From: Prochlorococcaceae cyanobacterium
Lineage (GTDB): Bacteria > Cyanobacteriota > Cyanobacteriia > PCC-6307 > Cyanobiaceae
Assembly: GCA_044238185.1 (NCBI GenBank)
Contig: JBIIDV010000004.1
Span: 415-64,414, forward strand
Length of the DNA: 64,000 nucleotides
Direction of reading: 5' to 3'
Shown in pieces: positions 55,619 to 63,266 of this stretch. The first letter of the stretch is position 1. Every line of letters begins with the position of its first letter. A program made the translations under genes and the position numbers. Under the pieces are notes generated by a model that saw nothing but the letters and a program-made list of their open reading frames with translations, was not told where the DNA came from and searched no databases.

Positions 55619-56359
55619 GTGACGTTCTGGTTCACCCCATTCCCGCTCTCATCCTCCTTGGATGCCAAGCTGCACTCCGCTGGTTTTCAACAGCACGTTG
55701 GCTTGCTGTCGACCCTGCCCCCCGGGAGTGTGCTGCTGTATTCAGCTCCCCATGAGGCTTTGGAAGCCCTGCGGGGGCGTGATCCCCTTGTTCCTGGGCC
55801 GGAGCAGCTGAGGGAGCATTACGAAGCAGTGCTTCAGGTTGCATCGGGCCATCGTCTGGTGTCCAGCTGGCGTTTGCAGCAGCTCTGCCCCCAAGAGATG
55901 GCCGCCTGGGTTGCGGGGCATTTGCAACCGTCCATCGCGTCCCATCCATCAGACAGCCACTCGTCGCAGCCGATCCAGGCTGAGGCCTGGCCGAGGGTCA
56001 CTCCCCTCACAGCGCTGGTCACCACAGCGCTGTTGCAGCAGGAACCGGCATGCCTGGACGCCTACCTGATGCTGGAAGCACAGTCCGAGCGCTTCAGTAC
56101 CCCGGCCGATGCGGGCTATGGCCCCCGCCTTGCAGGCGCTGTTGAGCTGGATCCGCTTCTCGACCAATGGTGGCTGGCAGAGCCCAACAGTGACCTCACC
56201 GTGCTTCAGCTCCAGCAGGTTGAAGAAGAGCTGTTAACGGTGTTTCTTGCCAATCGCCAACACCTGGAGATGCTGGCTCAGGCGCGTCGCCAGATCCGCC
56301 ATCTGCTGGGCTTGGTCCAGCGCCAGTTTGTGTTGCTCAGCAGGTGTGTGCTCCCATGA
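55619..56359 (+). CDS. hypothetical protein, paralog A (unknown N-domain + C-terminal coiled coil)
   Basis: 246-aa ORF in a GC-rich region. It shares LVTTALLQQEPACLDAYLMLEAQS with ALLALELLRREPRLAAHYMALEQH in the next ORF. The C-terminus is heptad-like (LQLQQVEEELLTVFLANRQHLEMLAQARRQI). Confidence 0.45.
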   Translation: MTFWFTPFPLSSSLDAKLHSAGFQQHVGLLSTLPPGSVLLYSAPHEALEALRGRDPLVPGPEQLREHYEAVLQVASGHRLVSSWRLQQLCPQEMAAWVAGHLQPSIASHPSDSHSSQPIQAEAWPRVTPLTALVTTALLQQEPACLDAYLMLEAQSERFSTPADAGYGPRLAGAVELDPLLDQWWLAEPNSDLTVLQLQQVEEELLTVFLANRQHLEMLAQARRQIRHLLGLVQRQFVLLSRCVLP

Positions 56360-57204
56360 CCCCGACCCCTCCCCCGGTGAGTGTGCAGCTCTGGGCCCCT
56401 GGTGTTGATGCCTCGCTGTTGGTGGCTGGCCTGCGCCAGGCGGGTCTCACGGTGCGGGAAGCCCCCCCTGAGTCGGATGTACCGCCTGAGTTGCCCCTCT
56501 TGGTGGGCTATGTCGATCCTCTTGGTTGCTGCCAGCAGCAGGATGTGGAGCAGGCCGTTGCCGCCACCGCTGCGCTGGTGGAGGGCTTGCCCCGTTTGCT
56601 GGCCCCCTCGCGACCCTGTCGCTTGCTGAACCTGGGATGTCTCTGCATACCAGCTGTCGTGGCTTGGTGTGTGCAGTCCACGCTGTCCCCTGAGCACGTG
56701 TTTCCCCATTGTTTTCCCGAGCCGGGGCCCCTGGATGCCCTGCTTGCCCTGGAGCTCTTGCGCCGCGAACCGCGTTTGGCGGCTCATTACATGGCACTGG
56801 AGCAGCACCCCTTGGCCGCTCGCCAGGATCAGCGCGCCATCGATGCCCACCATGTGGAGCGTTATCAGTGGGCCTGCCGCTGGGAGTCGCTCGTGCAGGC
56901 CCGTGAGCAACACAACCTGCTGCAGCGCGACATCTGTCAGCTGGCAGAGCAGCTTGAGCCCCTGCACGCCAATCGCCTCACCTGTCTGGACCTCCAGGCA
57001 GAGATCCAGCGGCTTTCATCTCGGTTGCTGCAGGCTGAGCACCTGAAGGAGCGCTGCGGAGATCTTGAACTCAGCCTGCAGGCCCAACAGCTGGATCTGG
57101 AGGTCTTGGGCCGGCGGCTCAGCCTGTTGGAGGGCTTGTTGACTGCGGCCAGCGGTGCAAGTCAAAGCCTGCAGGTTCGCCTGGCTCAGGTGCTTGCTGC
57201 TTGA
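56356..57204 (+). CDS. hypothetical protein, paralog B (unknown N-domain + long C-terminal coiled coil)
   Basis: The ATG at 56356 overlaps the upstream stop (ATGA). The C-terminal ~110 aa are Leu/Gln/Glu-rich heptads (…LQAEIQRLSSRLLQAEHLKERCGDLELSLQAQQLDLEVLGRRLSLLEGLL…). Confidence 0.45.
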   Translation: MTPTPPPVSVQLWAPGVDASLLVAGLRQAGLTVREAPPESDVPPELPLLVGYVDPLGCCQQQDVEQAVAATAALVEGLPRLLAPSRPCRLLNLGCLCIPAVVAWCVQSTLSPEHVFPHCFPEPGPLDALLALELLRREPRLAAHYMALEQHPLAARQDQRAIDAHHVERYQWACRWESLVQAREQHNLLQRDICQLAEQLEPLHANRLTCLDLQAEIQRLSSRLLQAEHLKERCGDLELSLQAQQLDLEVLGRRLSLLEGLLTAASGASQSLQVRLAQVLAA

Positions 57205-57240
57205 ACTCGGACTTGCAAGGGCACGGTTGATCCTTTGAAA

Positions 57241-57260
57241 GTGCAAGCGGTTGCTTGCAC
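57241..57260 (+). terminator. perfect 8-bp hairpin GTGCAAGC-GGTT-GCTTGCAC between paralog B and rfbF
   Basis: I read this directly. It lies 37 nt after the stop at 57204 and is followed by aaGTTGTGTT. It could be a terminator or an RNA/protein-binding element. Confidence 0.35.
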
Positions 57261-57301
57261 AAGTTGTGTTAAAGTGAAATGGATAGTTGTTTAGTTCTTT
57301 C

Positions 57302-58075
57302 GTGAAAGCCGTAGTTCTTGCGGGCGGCCGGGGCACTCGCCTTGCGGAAGAAACAGTGGTGCGCCCTAAGCCTCTGGTTGAGATTGGGGGCATGCCGATT
57401 CTCTGGCATATCTTCAAGATCTACAGCTCATTTGGCATTAACGACTTTATCGTTTGCTGCGGCTACAAGGGCTATATGATTAAGGAGTATTTTGCCAACT
57501 ATTTCTTGCATACCAGTGATGTCACGTTCCATATGGATGTGGGTAATCACATGGAGGTCCACCAGCGCACCACGGAACCCTGGAAGGTGACATTGATTGA
57601 TACCGGTGACTCAACCGAGACCGGGGGGCGCCTTGGTCGCGTGCGCTCGTACCTCGGCGACGAGCCTTTTTGCTTCACCTATGGCGACGGCGTGGCCGAT
57701 GTGGACATGACGGCCCTGATTGCCCACCATCGTGAGCAGGGTCTGCAGGCCACCCTCACCGCCGTTCAGCCGCCTGGGCGCTATGGCGCTCTTCACCTCG
57801 ATGGCGATCGGGTTGGCAACTTCCAGGAGAAGGCTGATGGCGAACAGTCCTGGATCAACGGTGGTTTTCTGGTGCTCGAGCCATCGGTGTGTGATCTGAT
57901 CCACTCCGATACCTGTCTGTTTGAGGCGGATGTGTTGTCGGAGCTGGCCCGTCGTGGTCAGCTGGCGGCCTACCGGCACCAGGGCTTCTGGCAGTCGATG
58001 GATACCTTGCGCGAGCGAACGCGCCTGGAAGCTCTTTGGGAGAGTGGTCAGGCGCCCTGGAAGCTCTGGAGTTGA
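57302..58075 (+). CDS. rfbF: glucose-1-phosphate cytidylyltransferase
   Basis: The GTG at 57302 gives (M)[66 protein letters not shown]... at 257 aa. This is highly characteristic of RfbF/DdhA. Confidence 0.9.
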   Translation: MKAVVLAGGRGTRLAEETVVRPKPLVEIGGMPILWHIFKIYSSFGINDFIVCCGYKGYMIKEYFANYFLHTSDVTFHMDVGNHMEVHQRTTEPWKVTLIDTGDSTETGGRLGRVRSYLGDEPFCFTYGDGVADVDMTALIAHHREQGLQATLTAVQPPGRYGALHLDGDRVGNFQEKADGEQSWINGGFLVLEPSVCDLIHSDTCLFEADVLSELARRGQLAAYRHQGFWQSMDTLRERTRLEALWESGQAPWKLWS

Positions 58076-59187
58076 TGCCCCCCGCCGTCAATCGTCCGGA
58101 TCCGGCCTTCTGGAACGGTCGGCGCGTGTTGGTCACCGGCCACACCGGTTTCAAGGGCACTTGGCTCACCCTCTGGCTGTTGCGGATGGGCGCCCGGGTC
58201 ACCGGGGTGGCACTCGATCCGGAAACCAGCCCCAGCTTCCACGCTTCCCTCGATCTCACCGGTTCCGACCAGCCTGGCGAGCTCAGGGATCATCGCCTCG
58301 ACATCCGCGATGCCATGGCCCTGGCAGAGCTGGTGGCCTCGGCTGATCCCGAGGTGGTGTTTCATCTGGCGGCCCAGCCCCTGGTGCGCCGCAGCTACCG
58401 CGATCCGCTCGGCACCTGGGCGATCAACGTGCAGGGCAGCCTGCACCTGCTCGAGGCCCTCCGGCCCCTGGCTCATCCCTGTGCCGTGGTGATGGTGACC
58501 ACCGACAAGGTGTACGAGAACCGCGAGTGGTGTTACGGCTACCGGGAGACCGATCGCCTGGGCGGCCACGACCCCTACAGCGCCAGCAAGGCTGCGGCCG
58601 AGCTGGCGGTGGCCTCCTGGCAGGCCAGTTTCTGTGGTTCGTCTCCTCACCAGACCCCCCATCTGGCCATTGCCACGGCCCGGGCCGGCAACGTGATCGG
58701 TGGCGGCGACTGGGCCGCTGATCGGATCGTGCCCGATGCCATGCGCTCCTGCGCTGACGGGGCGTCACTCCCCTTGCGCAACCCCCGCGCCACCAGACCC
58801 TGGCAGCACGTGCTGGAGCCTCTGGCGGGCTACCTGCAACTGGCTGAGGCCCTCAGGTCTGAACCGTCTGCGTTCTCCCAGTCCTGGAATTTCGGGCCCC
58901 ATCCGGAGGCCAATCGATCTGTGCAGGACCTGGTGGAGACCCTCCACCAGCACTGGCCAGGTGTATGGCATGACCTCAGCGATTCCAATGCTCCCCATGA
59001 AGCAGGCCTGCTCCATCTGGTGATCGACAAGGCCCGCCACACCCTGGGTTGGCAGCCCCGCTGGGATTTCGCCACCACGGTGGAGAGAACCGCCTGCTGG
59101 TATCGCCGGGTGGCGGAGGGTGCCCCGGCTCTCGATTGCTGCCTGGCCGACCTGGATCTCTATACCGCCAGTACTGGGGAGCGCTGA
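58075..59187 (+). CDS. rfbG: CDP-glucose 4,6-dehydratase
   Basis: The ATG at 58075 shares 1 nt with the rfbF stop. FWNGRRVLVTGHTGFKGTWLTLWL, VFHLAAQPLVRRSY, TTDKVYEN and YSASKAAAEL (YxxxK) are present. Confidence 0.9.
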   Translation: MPPAVNRPDPAFWNGRRVLVTGHTGFKGTWLTLWLLRMGARVTGVALDPETSPSFHASLDLTGSDQPGELRDHRLDIRDAMALAELVASADPEVVFHLAAQPLVRRSYRDPLGTWAINVQGSLHLLEALRPLAHPCAVVMVTTDKVYENREWCYGYRETDRLGGHDPYSASKAAAELAVASWQASFCGSSPHQTPHLAIATARAGNVIGGGDWAADRIVPDAMRSCADGASLPLRNPRATRPWQHVLEPLAGYLQLAEALRSEPSAFSQSWNFGPHPEANRSVQDLVETLHQHWPGVWHDLSDSNAPHEAGLLHLVIDKARHTLGWQPRWDFATTVERTACWYRRVAEGAPALDCCLADLDLYTASTGER

Positions 59188-59720
59188 GCCTGGCCATGAT
59201 CGAGCACTTGTTCAGGCCTGGGCTCTGATCGAGCTCAGCAATGAGGTTCATCGCTACAACCCTGCATTTCACCGTGCTTGCGAGAAAGCCCGAGCTCGCT
59301 GGCGCCGTCGACTTTGTTCAGCGCTGTCTGGCGCTGAACAGGGCTCTCCTTCTGTGCCGCTCCCTGATCTCCAGCACCCCTGCGATCAGCTCATTGCTCG
59401 CTGTGAAGATGCTGTGATCCCGCTTGGACCCCCAGGCCATTCGTTACTGGGGCTGTGTGGTGTTTCCGGGCATGTCTCGGGGGCGCTTCCAGGGGCTGCG
59501 TCAGCGGCGCTTCTGCAATGCCGTGGTTGAGGAACGTTATCTTTTTCGTGGCTTGGCCTTGGCCGACGATCCCCACGTGCGGATTCTGAGGCGACGTTTC
59601 GAGCAGGGCCTGTCACTTTCTGAAGCAGCTGCCTCCACCGTTCAGCCCGCAGCTGGCCCAACAGCAGCTGCAGGCCGGGGTTCCCTCGCCCAGGTCGCCA
59701 GAACGCCTGCCGCCGCGCTC

Positions 59721-61013
59721 TCAGGGCGCTGAAAACAGGGCCTGCTGCTCGGCGTAGAGCCGGTGGGCCAGCTCCTGGCTGGGGGCGTCCACATCGCTCC
59801 AGTGGATCGGCAGGTCCTTGGCGATGGGGCGCTTGAGCCGGCAGCCCTCCGCCAGGCCCTCGGGCAGCAATCCCTCCGCACGCACCACGCTGGCCTGTTC
59901 AGCCTGGCCATAGGTCATGTAGCGGCCGAAGGAATCGAGGGTTTCGCCGGCCAGCAGGTCGCGCTTGGCGATCGCCACCACCTCCACCACCGGTGCCCCG
60001 ATGGGCTGGCCCACGGCATCGCCGAACAGCACCGCCCGGGCCACGCTCATCGGTGCTTCGAGGTAACACAAGTGATAAGGCTGGTAGAAGCTGTAGAGCG
60101 GCCCGGTGCCCAGCTTGTAGAGCTCCAGGTAGGGCACGTGCCGCGCGTCGGGCATCTCCGCCAGGCAGAACACCCCCGGGGAGGGGCGCGCCCCGATCAC
60201 GAAATCCACCACCCCGCCCAGCCCCCGCAGCTCCTCCAGGTCATAGGTGCCCGTGAGCTCATCCACGTGCCCCCGGTGTTCGCGCCGGCTCATCCCCCGC
60301 TGCGTCACGCTGAAGCCGGTGGCGTTGGCCACGATCGCCTGCTCGAAGTTCACCTTGGAACCGTCGGCAAACGAGGTCACCATGGTCACGTCCTGGTTCC
60401 ACTGCTCGGCAAAACCCTGCTGGGTGGCGGGGGTGCGGCTTTCGTCCTGCAGGCCCTTGATGTTGCCCAGCACCCTGGGCACGAGGCCCAGCCCCTCCAC
60501 AAACCGCTTGAGGTTCATCTGCACGCCCGGCTGGTCGCCGTCGCTGCAGGTCAGCAAGGTTCCTGCCGCCCGGGCCTTGGCCTGCAGGATCGGGCCGATC
60601 GTGGCGTCCACCTCGGCATTCATCAGCACCAGCGGTTTGCCCTGCTCGATCGCCGCCAGGGCCACCAGGGCGCCGTGGTTCACCGCGCCTGTCATGTCCA
60701 CCAGGCAGTCGATGCCTGCTGATTGGGCCAGCAGGGTCGGATCGTCGGTGATCGCCGGCCGATTGGCCGCGATGGCTTGATCGAGGGCTGTCAAGTTCTC
60801 GACCACAACAGCCCCATCGCGCTGGGCAAAGTCGTAGGCGTCAGCAGCGCGCTGCAGGGTGCGGTTGGCGATCGCCGCCACCTCCATGCCGGGCACCAGG
60901 GCTGACACCTGGGCCACGAAGCCCCTGGCTATGGCTCCTGCCCCGATCAGGCCCACACGCACCGGGCGACCTTCGCTCTCGCGTCGGCGCAGGGCCGTGT
61001 CGAGCAGGATCAT
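59721..61013 (-). CDS. NAD(P)-binding dehydrogenase with C-terminal SAF domain (COG4091-like), tandem copy 2
   Basis: VRVGLIGAGAIARG is a Rossmann motif. The body resembles homoserine dehydrogenase. The C-terminal VVAIAKRDLLAGETLD is SAF-like. Its start overlaps the stop of copy 1 (ATGA). Confidence 0.6.
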   Translation of the reverse strand: MILLDTALRRRESEGRPVRVGLIGAGAIARGFVAQVSALVPGMEVAAIANRTLQRAADAYDFAQRDGAVVVENLTALDQAIAANRPAITDDPTLLAQSAGIDCLVDMTGAVNHGALVALAAIEQGKPLVLMNAEVDATIGPILQAKARAAGTLLTCSDGDQPGVQMNLKRFVEGLGLVPRVLGNIKGLQDESRTPATQQGFAEQWNQDVTMVTSFADGSKVNFEQAIVANATGFSVTQRGMSRREHRGHVDELTGTYDLEELRGLGGVVDFVIGARPSPGVFCLAEMPDARHVPYLELYKLGTGPLYSFYQPYHLCYLEAPMSVARAVLFGDAVGQPIGAPVVEVVAIAKRDLLAGETLDSFGRYMTYGQAEQASVVRAEGLLPEGLAEGCRLKRPIAKDLPIHWSDVDAPSQELAHRLYAEQQALFSAP

Positions 61014-62323
61014 CCAAAGCCTTTCAGTGGCGAAACGCTACCCCACATGCTCTGCTGCTGGGTGTAGAGCTGATGGGCCAGCTCATGGCTTGGGGCTTCC
61101 ACATCGCTCCAGCGGATAGGGGTGTCCTTGGCGATGGCCCGCCGCAGCAGACAACCCTCCACCAGACCCTCGGGTATGAGCCCCTCGGCCCGCACCACAG
61201 CGGCCTTTTCCGCCTGCCCGTAGGTCATGTAGCGGCCGAAGGAATCGAGGGTTTCGCCGGCCTGCAGATCGCGCTTGGCAATCGCCACCACCTCCACCAC
61301 CGGTGGTCCGATCGCCTGGCCCACCGCATCGCCGAACAACAGGGCCCGGGCCAGGCTCATGGGCGCATCGAGGTGACAGAGGTGATACGGCTCGTAGAAG
61401 CAGTAGAGCGGGCCATCACCCAGGCCCTTGGCCGCCAGCATGGCCGCATGACGGGTGTCAGCCAATTCGGCCAGGCAGTACACACCTGGAGCCGGATTAG
61501 CCCCCACCACGAAGTCCACCACGCCGCCCAGCTGCCGAAGTTCGGCCAGGTTGTAGTGGCTGGTGAGGTCTTCCACGGGGCCCCGGAACTCCATCCGTGA
61601 GGTGCCGCGGCGCAGCACCGTGAAGCCGGTGGCGTTGGCCACGATGCACTGCTCGAAGTTCACCTTGGAGCCGTCGGCAAACGAGGTCACCATGGTCACG
61701 TCCTGGTTCCAGCGCTCGGCGAAGCCTTGCTGCGTGGTGGGGGTGCGGTACTCGTCCTGCAGGCCCTTGATGTTGCCCAACACCCGTGGAATCAAGCCCA
61801 TGCCCTTCACCTTGCGCCAGAGGTTGAGCTGCACCCCGGGCTGATCCCCGTCGCAGCAGGTGAGCAGCACCCCCGCCTGGCGGGCTTTCTCATGCAGGAT
61901 CGGCCCGATCGTGGCATCCACCTCCGCATTCATCAGCACCAGGGGCTTGCCGTGCTCAATCGCGGACAGCACGATGCCGGCACCATGGTTCACCGAGCCC
62001 GTGATGTCGATCAGGGCATCGATGCCTGCCGAGCGGGCCAGCAGGCTGGGGTCGGTGGTGATGGCGGCTCGCCCCTCAGCCATCGCCTGGTCGAGGCCAG
62101 CCAGGCTGTCGGCGGCCAAGGCCCCGCAGCGGCCGGCGAAGCTGTAGGCATCGGCGGCGCGCTGGAGGGTGCGATTGGCGATCGCCACCACGTCCATGCC
62201 GGGCACCTGGTTGGTGATCAGGGCCACCAGGCCGCGCGCCATGGCCCCTGCGCCGATCACGCCGATCCGCAGTGGGTGACCCGCCTGTTCGCGCTGCCGA
62301 AGGGCCGTGTCAACCAGGATCAT
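61010..62323 (-). CDS. NAD(P)-binding dehydrogenase with C-terminal SAF domain (COG4091-like), tandem copy 1
   Basis: I trimmed this to MILVDTALRQREQAGHPLRIGVIGAGAMARG. It is collinear with the neighbouring copy, for example the identical VTMVTSFADGSKVNFEQ. Nucleotides 61621..61645 and 61671..61711 are identical to 60311..60335 and 60361..60401. Confidence 0.6.
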   Translation of the reverse strand: MILVDTALRQREQAGHPLRIGVIGAGAMARGLVALITNQVPGMDVVAIANRTLQRAADAYSFAGRCGALAADSLAGLDQAMAEGRAAITTDPSLLARSAGIDALIDITGSVNHGAGIVLSAIEHGKPLVLMNAEVDATIGPILHEKARQAGVLLTCCDGDQPGVQLNLWRKVKGMGLIPRVLGNIKGLQDEYRTPTTQQGFAERWNQDVTMVTSFADGSKVNFEQCIVANATGFTVLRRGTSRMEFRGPVEDLTSHYNLAELRQLGGVVDFVVGANPAPGVYCLAELADTRHAAMLAAKGLGDGPLYCFYEPYHLCHLDAPMSLARALLFGDAVGQAIGPPVVEVVAIAKRDLQAGETLDSFGRYMTYGQAEKAAVVRAEGLIPEGLVEGCLLRRAIAKDTPIRWSDVEAPSHELAHQLYTQQQSMWGSVSPLKGFG

Positions 62324-62901
62324 CTCGGTTGCCCATCCGCTGGGGCCATGCGGCTGCGGATCGTCGCCAAATTTTCGTTGAGCAGTGGCCAGCTGGCATC
62401 CTTGGCTGAGATTGCGCTCACAGGCCTGGGCCATTGGATGGCGAGTTGCGGGTCATCCCAGCGCAGGCCGAATTCGGCATCCGGGGCGTAGAAGGCGCTC
62501 ACCAGGTAAAGGATTTCGGTGGCATCGCTCTGGGTCTGCAGCGCGTGGCAGCAGCGTTCGGGAATCAGCAGGCTTTGCTGGTTGGTGGCACTGAGCTCCA
62601 CCATCTGCCAGTGCAGGAATGTGGGCGACTCAGGGCGGAGGTCAACCACCACGTCCACCAGGGATCCCTGCACGCAGCGCAGCAGCTTCTGCTCCCCATG
62701 GGGTGGGTACTGGCCGTGGAAGCCCCGCAGGGTACCGGCTTGGGCATTGAACGAGCGGTTGGCTTGCACCACCTGAAAATCAATGCCATGGTTGGCAAAT
62801 TCCCGCTGGCAAAACCCCCTGGCAAACCAACCACGCTCATCGCTCATTGGTTCAACGCCGACCAGGAAAGATCCCGCGATCTTTAGGGGTTCGAAGAGCA
62901 T
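62320..62901 (-). CDS. dTDP/CDP-4-dehydro-6-deoxyhexose 3,5-epimerase family (RmlC-like cupin)
   Basis: I trimmed this to MLFEPLKIAGSFLVGVEPMSDERGWFARGF...NRSFNAQAGTLRGFHGQ...EQKLLRCVQGSLVDVVVDLR...SLLIPERCCHALQTQSD...YLVSAFYAPDAEFGLRWDDP. These are RmlC signature blocks. Confidence 0.8.
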   Translation of the reverse strand: MLFEPLKIAGSFLVGVEPMSDERGWFARGFCQREFANHGIDFQVVQANRSFNAQAGTLRGFHGQYPPHGEQKLLRCVQGSLVDVVVDLRPESPTFLHWQMVELSATNQQSLLIPERCCHALQTQSDATEILYLVSAFYAPDAEFGLRWDDPQLAIQWPRPVSAISAKDASWPLLNENLATIRSRMAPADGQPR

Positions 62902-63266
62902 ATGAAGCCTTCCGCTGCGATCAGGACAGTCTGAAGTGGCCTGGCGGCAGAGGTCTGGCCGATCCAACGCCAACCAATTGTAAACCAGTTTGCGCGGGGT
63001 GTTTCGCGGGGCTCTGGGGTGCTCGGATGTGACCGATCAGCGGATTGCGGTACGCAAAATGAGTGTGCCGGTGACTGTGTTTGGCAAGGCCGTAGCCCGT
63101 GGCGTTGTCTTGGTGGGATGGAGTTGCAACGTTGTCTTGATTGTCAGGTGGATTGAGCCGGTGCACACCAGCCACCTGAGCCCCAGCCAGGTCATTAGCA
63201 CTGAAGGCATGCTTGTCAGTGCACGGTTTCAGCCCTTGCCTGGGGCTTGTGGGGGTGTTGCTGGTT

